Assembly (NCBI GenBank): GCA_016748015.1
Contig: JAAOMT010000523.1
Location: forward strand, 1,134,437-1,198,436
Source of the DNA: Geosiphon pyriformis uo1
Lineage: Eukaryota; Fungi; Glomeromycota
Length of the DNA stretch: 64,000 bases
Direction of reading: 5' to 3'
A model generated the notes under the pieces. It worked only from the letters and a program-made list of their open reading frames with translations, did no database searches and was not told the DNA's origin. This document shows positions 39,172 to 52,511 of this stretch, one piece after another (position 1 is the stretch's first letter; each line of letters starts with the position of its first letter). Both the position numbers and the translations under genes were made by a program.

Positions 39172-40421
39172 ATAACTTTAATAATTTTTTTGGCTTAGTA
39201 ACTAGTTTATTTTGGTATTTTTTTTTTAATAAGTAAGGTCTAAATGCCATTTAGCACAATACATCAAACTAAGTAATCTAAACTAAGTGCAAATTATGCA
39301 CTTTTTACATGTGACCAGCCACTTGGGCCAATTAGAGCAGAATTATAAATCTAACAAAACAGATACTACACTATCAATGCTAGCAAAAAAGCAACAATGT
39401 TTGCAAAAACCAAAACAAACACTAAGAGCCTCAGCAATCCCAAGTAACTTTATAACCCCAGCCAAGAACAAACATGATAAACCACGGACTACAGAAAAAG
39501 CAAAAACATCACAGGAAATCAAACCACTTCTCTTCATAAAGGCTCTGTATTTAGTCCTAACCAACCAAATCTCAGCATGGTAAGCAGCATTCAAACTCCA
39601 AACAAAATTAACAATAAAATCCCCTGCAGACTTAACATCATCAAAAATGGACAAAACCTCTAGAAACCACTTCTTAAACAAGAAGTTCTTGCTCACAGTA
39701 GTATACAATACATCATCAGAAGCACACAATGAAAGCACCTGCAAGAACTGAGAAAAAAAGAAACCCAAACTGAACATGACACACCAATTAGCCAAATAGA
39801 ATGCAAACAGGTCCTTACGGACTCTAAAGTCAAATAAATACACAAATGAATGATTGAAGCTCTCCACCTCTCTACAGTGAAGACACAAAACACTCAAATA
39901 GGCCTTATTATACAAACACTTTTACACAGCAACTGGCAAGTGGTAATGGAGTGCTTTCATAAAATATGAATGCAAATTAGCCATAGACTTATAGATAAAT
40001 TCAGTCACCATATGTGAATTAGGGTGTCAAATTAAAGCAGTGTGAATTCAATTTACATCACTGACCAAGGTTTTGTTAAAAACATCAGAACCAGGTCTAA
40101 CTTCCCAATGGGCATAATTTACAGACCTGAAAACTTTATGGACAATATGTTGAATATTACCAGACACTGTTATTTCATCAATCTTAACATACTTCTCTTT
40201 TATTAAAACAAGAAGCACCAAATCGGAACCAGCAGCCAAATCAGGTAACACATCAGCACACTCATTACCCAAAACACCTGAATGTTCTTTAATCTTACAC
40301 CAGGAAACATCAAGCCTTTTTTTCCTAATAAAATTAACAATACTATACTGTTTCATCTAGCAACAGTTGTGGAAGTCCAAAAAAGCCAAAGCCAATTCAG
40401 CAACACAAGCATCCAAAACAG

Positions 40422-41404
40422 TGTTACCAGACGAAATTAGAGATATTATTTAGCATAAAATTATCTTATAATTTCTATCATTAATTAGCATATATTATCA
40501 TTTCAAATTATCACTTATTATATTAGCAAAAATATCCAAAATTATCATTTAATTAATAACCCAAATTGTACACAACACAAATGTAACCTAATTGCGATGA
40601 TTAATCATGCAATACCCTGAACTATGTAATATTCAAAAGTTCACCGAAATTTATAGAAATTTGCCGAAATAATTGATAGTTCACCGAAATATCTAATAGT
40701 TTGCAGAAATAACTTGTAGTTTGCCGAAATGTATCTTTAGTTCAGCGAAATTGTAGAAAATAACAAAGTTTAAGTTCATAGAATAGTGTTACGACAAGTT
40801 GTATAAAAGAAGAGCTTCTCTTTTTGAGAAAATGTATCTTATTTTAGATTTATCACTTAGAACCATTTTTACACACACAAAAAAAAATAAATATCAAATA
40901 ATTCGAAAAACCAAAACTCTTTAAATTATTGCACTTGGAAAATCCTCAAAAACCCAACTAACATTTTGAAATTGATTAGCTACCAATTTCAGTAAACTGT
41001 TAGTGACTTCAGGCCTAGATGGAAAACATTTCTCTTGACAGAATTCTATTTCTTTTATATTTATTTTATTTTTTTCTTTTTTTTTCTTTTTACAATCATT
41101 AAGGTAGCCTACAGACAAGATTTCTATAAAAGAGTTGACTTTCACAGCAAAGTAACTATACATTTTAGTGAGCTTCCAGACGAGCAATTCCTGGGAAAGA
41201 GTTGACGTTTACTACAACATAACTACATAAAGTAACTGACATGGAATTGGCCATTCTACTTATAAGCCCAGCAGTTCAAATTATAGGAGATAATTTGAAG
41301 ATAAATTCAGTTATTGGAGGTTCAACCACATCCAAAAAACGTGAATTCACAGCAAACAAGCATCGACAACATTTAAGAAAAGAGACCAAAAACCTCTGGT
41401 AACA
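40422..41404. mobile_element. Solo LTR family C, copy C1
   Basis: TGTTACCAGA...TCTGGTAACA 10-bp terminal inverted repeat; TSD ACAG; inverted second copy at 55792-56756. Confidence 0.92.
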
Positions 41405-43477
41405 ACAGCCTAATTGTTCGAATAAACTGCAACAGAACTGTTAAGAAGGACACACTCCAAATCCAGAACAATTGCCTGCAATTCAGCCAAAGTAGAGGAT
41501 ACCAACTCACCAACTCCAATGCCAATGCCCAAATCCAAATCAGAGAAATATACAGCTGTCTTATATTTCATTTCACAAAAACCCAAATTTCTCAAAGATC
41601 TATCTGTGTAAACACTAACAATGTCCAGATCAGTAGCAAAGAGACACTGCTCCAGCCTAGAAACACTACTCAAACCACAAACATTCAGAAACTGCAAACC
41701 AGTAACATGTGACTCATCAACAGGAGAAAATTAAGCCAGAAAGTTTTGAACCAAACTAAACCAATAAGAGATAGAACCTTTCAGATTGAGTCTTTTCTAT
41801 TGACAAAAGCTTTTTCAATTAAAAATTAAATCTTTTTTAGTATATAGTTGTTCAATAAAAGTGACTTCAAATTTTTTGAGTAATCATGAAACATCATAAA
41901 ACAATGAGCTCTCCAGAATTGTAGACATCAGTATCTCACCAGCAAAACAAAATACAGTGAGAAAAAAATTGCCAAGAGACATATCACAATCCAAAAAAAT
42001 TCTGACAACACCAGCCAAAAAATTATTGACTGGACTAACATATAGTCTAACCAGATAACATAAAAGATAGACAGGTGACCAACTTAAAACTTGCAGGTCC
42101 AAAAATCTATGATCAAACAGGTGACCAAAAATTCTACCAGCATTCAAAAAATTTAGTACAGAAGCCAATTTAAATTCAGATTGCAACTGCTCAAAAGATT
42201 TTAAGCCATACAAAGATGGATGGTAAAAAGTCTCATTCGGAAAATCTTTAGGTAGTCCAGTCTTAAGTCATAAACTTTTCTAATCAACGTGTTTCACTTA
42301 ACACATACACTTTTAGAAACAAAACTAAACTACATTCTATAACTAATAATGGGTTGTAGTATTGCTGACATCAGATAAAAAAACTGTTTGTTTGAAATAG
42401 CCTTTCTCAAAACCAAATTGACAAAAAACTTGACATCTGAATGAGCTTTAGTCAGATTAGGTAAGGACAATTCCTTGGATGACAAATAAATACCAAAATA
42501 TCTATAAGACTCTTCCTTACAAACAACTGAAATTGGCAGATCACTTATTGACAATAAAGTATTATTAACTCTCTGGTTGATAGGGATGGCCACAGTCTTT
42601 TTATTATTAATAGAGATATCATTTATCTTAAAAAACTCACTAGCAATGTCCAATATATACTGAGTAGCAGCCTTACTACTCCCCACCCAAATTGTGTTAT
42701 CAACAAAAGCACCAGCTGCCAGAAACAAAGTCAAACTGCCTTGGTTTTTCAGTCTACCAGTTTTAACAACAAACCTAGTGTCAATCAGATAGCCACACAA
42801 ACTTTCCTGTCTCTTAATTTTACACAAAAAGGGATCATAAAAGATTCTTCACAACAAAAGAGAAAATATCTCACTCTGGTTAAGACCATTATGAATCCAG
42901 TATCCATCAGTTAGACCAAAATCAGTCATAATATGATTAACATAATTATTGTGAATACTGCCAAAAAACCTGATAAAACATTCACACATCTTAATTCAAA
43001 CCAAGCTATTTTGCAAGTAATACCAACTCATAGAATTATAGGCCTTATACATATTCTATAAAACAAGCCAAAGCTCACAATTTTTTTCTAGAACATTCTC
43101 AATAACTAATCCAATAGCAAAAATAGAGGATTAAGTAGTAGTGTCTTTTAGTACAGAAAAATTATCACCATAAAGAACATCAAACATACTGCATACCAAT
43201 GAAATTCTATCAGACAGTATCTTAGAAAAAATTTTACAGGCAGTCTCAATCAAAGCAATCAGCCTAGTATTAGTCAAAACACCTTCTTACTCATAAGGTT
43301 TAGGAATCATAGACACCCAAACTTCTTTCTAAAGATGAGACACAAACTTATGCACCAAACAGAGATTTAATAAAATCAAGAGTAAACCAAACACAGAGCT
43401 ATTGCAATGTTTTCAAAGTTCATTCATAATATCAGACAAACTAGCAGTCTTATTATCTAACAGATTTTTGATCATGC

Positions 43478-44871
43478 TGTTACCAGAAGATTTTCACAAA
43501 AATTACAACACATACAATGAAAATTAACATTAAAATCATGTAAAAAAGACTTACATCATCTCATTTAATTAACAAAATTAGCTGGCAATCTGAAAATAAA
43601 TAATCAGCAATCAATTCAATTACAACAAAGAAATATAGCACAATCCAACAGTTTAACTAAGTTGGATACAAAAAAATCTTGGCAAACTAAAAAACACCAA
43701 TAGAAATGAATGATTGACACATGTAATCAGATAACAACAGGTTTTGTTATACTCCAAAATTCTTATACACTCTTATTGAAACAATCTAATATTTCAAATC
43801 TGCGATCAATAGTTAAAAGTAGTTACTAAGAAATGTAATCAATTAATCTACTTCTGATTACATTGATTATAATTATAATTGATATCATTGATTTACAATT
43901 AATGTTCTAAATCCAGCCATCTAAATTTGATCATCTAAAAATCACTAGCTCTGAGAAAATAACATGCTAAGTAAACTTATCATGAATTGATTAAATTAAT
44001 ATATATAAATAATTGATGTATTTTAAATAGTCTTAATATAATATGTAAATCTGATGTAATTTAGCTATATATACAGCTTTTTTGTTAGCTCAGGAAAGTA
44101 TCAGTTTAATATTAAGCTAACTCTTCGCTATAGTTTTATAGTGAGCAGTTAGTTTTTTCTTCTATCTTTTACTCTTTTCTCCCTTCTTCCTATGCTCTAA
44201 ATACTTGTTATCACAATTTCAAGTATGCCTTTTCACATTCTTTATCACCATTTGGAATCACATTATTAATAACTTCTGATCTATTTGTTAACAATATTAT
44301 CAAGCTTTTTATTACTTCTGATCTTTTAAATCATGTGTTATTACTATTTCACATTAAGTTTTGTTTTACCAAACAAGTTATTAAATATAAAAATAAGTAA
44401 TAAAATATTATGTTGTTAAAGAGTGGTCTTAACAATAAAAAGTTTAAATCTATTTAAGTTATGTTTTACTCTTACAATCTTTTTATAACTCCTATAACTT
44501 CATTTTCAAAGCAGACATTTAAACACCACATCTTTTTGATGACTAATTGAAAAAATTCTGGTTATGATTTTCTTAAGTAGTTTTGGTTTTTCTTTGTTGC
44601 TGGTTGTGCTTTTGATACATATAAAGAGATGTGACTTCTCTTTCCCCTTTTCAAATACCTAAGACTGGTTTTTGTTCAAAAACAAATAATAATGACAATA
44701 CTTTTTTTTTTACCTTTAATGACTTTATTACATACTTTTTTTTGCTTTTCCACTTACTAAAATAGTCCATACATCTATAATATGCTATAGTCTATAGCAT
44801 AATCATAGTAATATATATTACCAGTTAAGCTAAAAAATGTTTCCAAATAATGACAAAAACCACTGATAACA
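43478..44871. mobile_element. Solo LTR-like insertion family D, copy D1
   Basis: TGTTACCAG...CTGATAACA termini; mutated TSD ATGC/ACAT; LINE ORF2 resumes after it. Confidence 0.8.
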
Positions 44872-47800
44872 ACATGTAACAATTTATCATAACCAATAAC
44901 ATCCATAACTTCAGAAAAAACACCATTGTCAACATAATCCAATGGCAAATATTAATGCTGTCACAACTCAAGAACATTTCTCAACACAACTCTCTTTCTT
45001 GTTCAGTCTTCCATAATTCTGTCAACCTCTCCTTTAACTTTAACCAGGTCCAAAATTAAATTGCCATCAGAAACCAAATGGTCCAACACTACTTTGCGAA
45101 AAGGGCATTTCAATATATTATGGATCATGTGGTTTTTGTTGACCACAAAGCTCTCCATCTTTTTCTTAATAGCTAACCTAATGTCTGACTCTTCAGCCTG
45201 CAATGATTCAGCAAGTTTAAAGACATGATAAGATTTCCTTGCACTATAAAGAACAGAACAAACGTGATCTAAACTGCACTAGAGCTCATAAGATCTCCAA
45301 CAATAGAAGCTTTGTCACTATCAAGAGAAACTCAGCACTCCAAAAGAGAAATAAATTAGTCAAAATTCACTTCATGAGAAGCCTTAACAATCTTCAAAAC
45401 CAAAATTTCCAGCCTATAAAACTTTGAAAACTCTTTGATAAAAACCTTATTGTAACTTTTAAACCATCTTTTTTTGAAAGTTTTATTGGCCAAAAAAGTC
45501 ATCATTTTGCAAACAATATCCCACATAGTATCCAGATCCAGAAGCCTCTTGGCCAAAACAAACTCATCTGAAAACATAACAGCATTGGCCACTGTAGCAT
45601 TTTTGAACTCACACCATTTTATTTTATCAGTATGCTTGATGTTAAATTTCCAACAATCTTTGTTAGCTTGTTTGCACAGTAAGTTTAGCTGTACATTCAG
45701 CAAATCACCCAAACTCATGGAAACATAAACAGCATTGTGATCAATATTAAAATAATCTTCAACATTAGCAACACTACAAACAACTACTGTATTAACCAGA
45801 TTTGATGAAACAAACAAATAATCAATTGTTTTAGCAACACTCTGAGAATTACACCAAGTTGGCACCTTTACAAAAGAGCTTCTACACAAGAAATTGACCA
45901 AACTCAGATTAAGACACTTTTTAAAATTGGCACACTTGTAAGATCCATTCTTATTAAAATTACCTCCCAAAATAACAAAAGAAGACTCATTCACAGCCTT
46001 TGCAATCATAGAGTTAATATCATTTACCTAAGAAAAGCATACCACCAAAGATGCCTCAGCATAAAGTCTCAAAATTGACATAGAAAGTTTATTCTTAAAA
46101 AGTAACCTGATAGAGAAAAGCTAACCAGAAACATCAATTACCTTATATACATGTCTTGCCAAAGAATTGTTCATGATAATTGTGACACCAGAACTCAAAT
46201 GACTAGAGCCCAAACCAGAAGTGAAAACTCAGACACCATCAAACTTATTTATGATCCATGGTGGACTTTATCTCTCAACTTAGTCTCAATAACAATAGAA
46301 ATCAAATTGTTTGTCTCGTTATGCCAACAAATTATATCATCTTGTTTTGCAAAATTGTTTATACCCTTAACATTACATGTGGCAATTTTCCAAACCAGAT
46401 CACTTATTAAGGATTAGTGGAAGCTGACAAATTCAAGCCAGAGCACAAATAATCCAATCTTTCCAAAACCAAATTAACCAACACATCCAATACCACCATT
46501 TTAGATTCCAAGCTACCCACTTTGGTGGTCAGAACCTTGGAACTACTAGAGCTAAAACCAGACACATCAAAATTAACACCAATGGGAGGAAAAACAGATA
46601 GCACAAACATATTATTTACAGTTATATTCAAATCCAAACTTGAATTCAAAGGTGCAGAAGCAATAGAAAAGGAAGTAAGAGATGAAAGCACTAAAGATAC
46701 CAACCCAACAAGGCTCAACTTTTTCAAGATACCAGAAATTTGGTCTGATAGAAGCTCTATAGAATGTTCCAAAAAGGCCAAATAGTTATGCAAGCCAGAA
46801 TCACCAAAAAAAGCAAAAACTACAAAAGAAATTCCAGCACCAAAAGATGAACTAGTACTAGAAGAGAACAAAGAAACCACATGTAAAGAAAAGCCACTAG
46901 CAATTTGGGCCCAAGTTTTACCAACCAAACACATATCAGAAATATGACCAAAATGTTTACACTTGAAGCAACAAGCCAAAGAAAGACCAGTCCAGCACAA
47001 ATTCACACTCTTAAACACAGGAACAGAACCAATAGCAGCCAATTTGGATGTCTCATCAGCAAAATACATTATTGTACATCTATCATGCACATATAAGCTA
47101 GGATTATGGCCAATGAAACAAATTTTCTCATCATATAATTCCATCAAACCAGAAAAATCATGTGTCATAGTTCTAACTGGAAGAGTATAAAACAAAGCCT
47201 AATGCCGATCCCTAGATATCCACATTTGTTTATCACCAACAGCTTTTGTCACACAAACAGAGTTTTTTCCCATGAAAACAAACCATCTAGCTGCGACCAA
47301 ATCAGCTATTTCAGATGACTCATACTCTACCAAAGCTTTTTGTCACAAACCAATTAATTGTATCTTAATTGATACAATCTTTCCAAACTTAGAAAAAACA
47401 GATTCCACAGCCAATTTGGGAAAATTAACTGGGATTTTCTTGACAATCACTTCACAATTCGATCAGCTATTTATTTTTCTAAGATTATCATTAACAAGAA
47501 TTTTTTCACAGACTGCCAATTTTTTTGCCTTATCCAGACTAAATTCAGATGTAAATAATGATCTAATGATTCCAAGAAATTTTGAGGAAATAAAGACTCT
47601 TCCAAAACCATCAATTCGATAAAAAATTTTCTTGATTGTAATTAATTTATCACTATTTGTTTTTCCAGACACAGCAGACAACTTAACATCTAAAGCGAAC
47701 ATTTTGACTGGTTTGAAGCTATATTTCTTTAGAACATATGACTTGATAGATAGAAGCCAATTGGATCTAACAAATTTAGGTGCCAGGAGCACCAACTCAG

Positions 47801-48103
47801 TATTATCGTCACTCATATGTTTAAATAATGGCTGCTTTGGCAGGTTGCCCAGCATGTATGTTCATGTGCAAGTTTTTTTCAGCATTGCTTCATCCATATT
47901 ATTGTCCTTACCAGATTCTGCATAACTGGTTTCTTTGGTAACTGTGTTCTTTATATTTTAACATCTAAGAGACCACTTGTATTGCTAGAAATGCTGCCAA
48001 CTTTGCTCCTCCAGAATACCACAAACTTAACACCAGCAACACCAATATCTATCAAGCTTAAAAGACCAGCAGACAAATTAATCACATCACCAGCTACAGG
48101 CAT

Positions 48104-49157
48104 TGTTATGGGTAAACTTGGTGGATATGAGAAATGGTAATGTTTAGTGCTCTCAATTATTGATGATGTATCTTCCACATAATTCTGTTGGCTTAGTCTT
48201 GATTATCAGTCTCTGAAGGTCTATTTCTGGATGTGAATTTACCCATTGAGTTCTTTTGTTATAAGACACAGAGTTTGTCTTTCATTGATTGCAATGTTTT
48301 CCATAAATGTGAGCTTTCTTTTCTAAGCTAATGAGTGCAGTCGTTAGGGTTTGATGTTGTCTTTTTGCCTTTTTGGTAAGCTAACAAGATAATATTAATA
48401 TCCAAAACTTAAGAGGAGCTTCCCTCTTTTACTAGGCTATCACAAAGTTTATTTCCAGACAGTCGATTTTACTATATTGCCACTCCACAAAAAAATAAGA
48501 AAAAAAAAGAAAAAAAAAGAAAAAAAAGATAAATTAGTATCATCAATTGCCATGATCAAGAGTGATTGGTCCAAATTGTTGATTGTTTGAAGTGGTTATG
48601 CTAAGAGCATCTGTCCTAGAATGAAGGTATAAAACAAAGGTTAATTCACATAAATTCCATGAAGTTTGGGAACATGAATTTGTGACTCTGATTTCTTTAA
48701 TAATTGGTTTATTTCAGAAGATGAAAAATAGGGAGGATAATAAATAATAAAAGAGTATGGATATTTTATTCTTGTCTAGAGGTTCATATTTATCTGTCTG
48801 TCTGTCTTTTCTAACTTTTATAACTACTTGCTTTTATACATTCTTTTGGTTTTACAAGATTGCTTTCAATTGTCTCACTATTATTAGCTATTGCTTTGTT
48901 ATTTCTGTTATTGCTTTGTTTTTCTACATTATTGCTAGTTATCCTATGTTATAATACATTATCTAACATTATTACATATTATTCTGTGTTATCCTGTGTT
49001 ATAATATGTTATCCTATGTTATTGTGTGCTATTCTGTATTATTCTGCGTTATAACATGTTATCTTACATTATAATGCATTATCCAACGTTATTGTGCTAT
49101 TCTGTGTTATCTCACATTTCTTCCTAACTTTGGATTGGTTTTTCTACTTGAATAACA
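48104..49157. mobile_element. Solo LTR family E
   Basis: TGTTAT...ATAACA termini; TSD GCAT; ~10-bp periodic repeats at 48940-49110. Confidence 0.9.
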
Positions 49158-49559
49158 GCATCTTCAGCTTCTTAAACAACAGACCATAAAAGTATATACT
49201 ATTCACACAAGCTTTTTTTTTGCCACTAGACTGGGTCCCCAATTCAGCCAAACCAACACCAAAATCACCAGCAAAAGTGTCCACTGAATCTATAGTAACA
49301 AAAAAAGAAAAATTGGAAGAAATAATTAGAAAAAAAACAAGAGGAAAAAAAAAAGACTAATTAAAACTTCAATAAAATTTTGCTCTCATTATGGTCAGAG
49401 GATTGACAAGAGAGAAAATTTTTTGGTATTTTGTTATATTTGTCTTTGGTATTTGTATTTTTTTAATAAGCAATCTTAGTTTTTTGATTATATTCATGTT
49501 TTTTTTTGGTATTTTTTATTAAACAATTTTTAATATTATAATTTTAGCACTTTTTTATA

Positions 49560-51542
49560 ATTAATTAGTAATTTCAACAAATATAATTAATAAATTAATA
49601 TAGTAATTAATTAGTATTTTATTAATAGCTATAATCAAAAATTATTGTTCTAGTTTTGTTTAAGTAACTGTAATAAATTCAAATAATATTAATATAATTA
49701 TGATGTTAATTTTAACTTTAATAACTTTGAAGTTATTTATGTAATAAATATGATAAAAGTTTATTAATAAGTTAATTAATTTGTAATTTTTAATAAAATT
49801 AAAAATAACTAAACTAATCTTAATATTGAGTTTGTCTTTTTTTTAATTTATTAATTGATATATATATATAAATTTTTATAATACAAGATTTCTAAAATTT
49901 CTACAATTTTTTGAATTATTGTTAGAATTTTTAATATTCTTGAAATTTTTGGTATTTTTATCAATATTCTTGAAATTCTTAGTGTTATGTGTTTTAATAA
50001 TTTTTTATTTTGCTATTAATTATTTATAATATTATTATTTTCTACAAATAATAATATTTTCTTTTTTTAATATTAAGCTTTGTTAAAATTTTCTAGGTTT
50101 TTTTCTTGAATAAATTTGTATACTTTTTTTCTATTATGATTTTGAAAATTTCTGTTCTTAATTTTTCAAATTATAAATTGTTTATTTTTTCCAATTGGTT
50201 TGCTGTTATATTTTCTATAACTAAATATAATAGTATTTTTTTATATTTATAAAAAATTGTATATAATTAGTAAATTGCTTTTACATAAATTATTAAGTTG
50301 TTTTTTCCAATAAAGTATTATATTTGTTGTATTATTTGTTTGTTAAATATTTATTTAAAGCTATCAGTATATAGTATCTAAATATTTAGCTATTGTTTCA
50401 AATAATAATAGCAGTATGCTATTAAAAACTGTTTTTTTCAAGTTTTTTAATTTTCTTTTATTAGCACTTCTGATTGAATATTTGTTATTAGATTTTTAAA
50501 AGTTTTTTTACTTTTCTGATAAATTATTTTATATAGTTATTTTTTTGTTTTTGTATTTTGCTATATGAAGTTTTTTTAACTGTTTTGTTTTTTTAAGTGT
50601 TTTTATAACAAATTTCTTGTTTGTTAACTGTTATTTTCATGTCTAAGTTTTTTGTTTTCAATATTTAAAACAACTGTTGTGCTGTTATATATATTTTATC
50701 TGTTATTTCTATTTTTTGTTTTTTTTTGATGTGTTTTAATTATATTTATAACAATTTTTAGTTTTGTAATATGCTGGCTTTAATTATAATAATTGGTTTT
50801 AAATCTTGTAAAATTTCATCTGGTTTAATTAATATTTTTTGTGTTTCTAACTGTAATATACTAAAATTTATTAATATTTTACTATAATATAACTTTAATT
50901 AATTTTCATATGCTGCTTTAGTTAAAATTTTGTTTTCTAGTTGCAGTTTGTATAATCTATTTTCAAGTTTTTTTTTTAATATAGAATAATCAATTCTATT
51001 TTGGATTAAATTTTTTACTTTATTGTTTTTTTGTTTTTGTATAATATAAAAATATTTTGTTTTTAATCTTAATTTTAGCTGATTTTTTTAACAACTGACT
51101 ATCATGTTTTTTTTTTGTAATTTTTTAATATAGTTAGCTGTTGTTTTTTTTGTTTTTCAAGATTTTTATTAAGTTATATATTTATCTTAATAGTGTTATC
51201 TAAAATGTGTTTTTTATTATTGGTTTTATTAAATATGTTACTATTTTTCTTTTTATTAGCAATATTGTTTTTTTGTTATATATTAATTTAAATAGTATCT
51301 TACTTTATTATTTAGTAAGTAAATAGTATTAATAATATAAATATATCTTATTTTTTTGGTTTTTTTAACTAATTTTGGCTAATGTTTTATATAATATTTT
51401 ATTAAATCTTTTAATTAAGCTATTTGTTTATAGATAATATAATAATAACAATAATCTTTTAACTTCAAATTTTTTGTTTAATTCTGCCAATATTTTGTTT
51501 ACAAAATAAATTTTTTGATTTGATAATAATTTTTTTAAATAT
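49560..51542 (-). mobile_element. Extremely mutated family-B-like relic (3' LTR part, ORF3, integrase C-terminus)
   Basis: 50055-51540 is colinear with B 17810-19330 (e.g. aatattaagctttgttaaaat vs aatattgagctttatcgaaat), with almost all C/G lost. Confidence 0.75.
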
Positions 51543-52225
51543 TGTTATTAGGTAAAAACTATGAATTTAGTAACTTCTTAGCAACAACAATAATTTCCAC
51601 TAGTAATATTTATTATCATAATTATAGCTACTAACTATAGCATATTATAAATATATAGACTATTTTAGTAAGTAAAAGAGTGAAAAGGGGGTGCATAATA
51701 AAGTTATTAAAAGTGAAAAAAAAGTATTGTTATTATTATTTGTTTTTGGACAAAAATTAGTCTTAGGTATTATAAAAGGGAAAGAGAAGTCACATCTCTT
51801 TATATATATCAAAAAGTGCAACCAACAACAATAGCAAAACCAAATTACTTTAATAAATACATAACTAGAATTTTTTTAATTAGTTGTCAAAAAAATGTAG
51901 TATTTAAATGTCCAACTTTGAAAATAAAATTATAAAAATTATTAAAGAATTGTAAAAATAAAACATAACTAAAATAGATTTCGATTAAACTTTTTATTGT
52001 TGAGACCACTCTTTAATAATGTAATATTTTATTACTTATTTTAATATTTAACAACTTGTTTGATAAAACAAGACTTAATGTGAAATAGTGATAACACATA
52101 ATTTGAAAATCAAAAGTAATAGAAAGACTTGAAATAGTGCTAACAAGTAGGTAAGAAGTTATAAATAACATAATTCCAAATGGTAATAAGAAATATGAGA
52201 AAGCATACTTAAAATTATGATAATA
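51543..52225. mobile_element. Partial inverted copy of family D LTR
   Basis: Reverse complement of ~44206-44800 (aaagagaagtcacatctctt, gagaccactctttaa); no TSD found. Confidence 0.85.
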
Positions 52226-52511
52226 GATTGATGTTACAAATTGTAATACATACATAATTATTTCACTAATACAGCAAGCACTAAGAAAAAATTGTGATTA
52301 TTTTAAGATACGTCTGGTATTACAAAACCAAATATTTCGGTGCAACTTTGAGAATTGATCCTTATTGAGTAAAGTTTATATGCTTCTGTTATTTATGTAT
52401 AATAATATATCCACAAGATTAAAATTTACAATAAATATTATATATGAAAAAATATGTGCATTGAAATTATATATGACAATAAGCTGTCAAGTGACATACT
52501 AATTTATTTAT

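Larger units (their letters stand above)
39222..49420 (-). mobile_element. L1-like LINE copy 2, carrying three solo-LTR insertions
   Basis: Poly-A tail (T-run 39218-39227); candidate 12-bp TSD TTTTGGTATTTT (39210-39221, 49421-49432); ORF fragments for RNase H (41410-41697), RT AFVDNTIW (42330-42827), APE (45356-46009) and ORF1 (46407-47855). Confidence 0.92.

Noticed and set aside
40921-52255. Short ORFs in solo LTRs (40921-41187, 47951-48178, 48757-49054, 52013-52255)
   Set aside because: Low-complexity, cross insertion junctions or not preserved in the second LTR copy.
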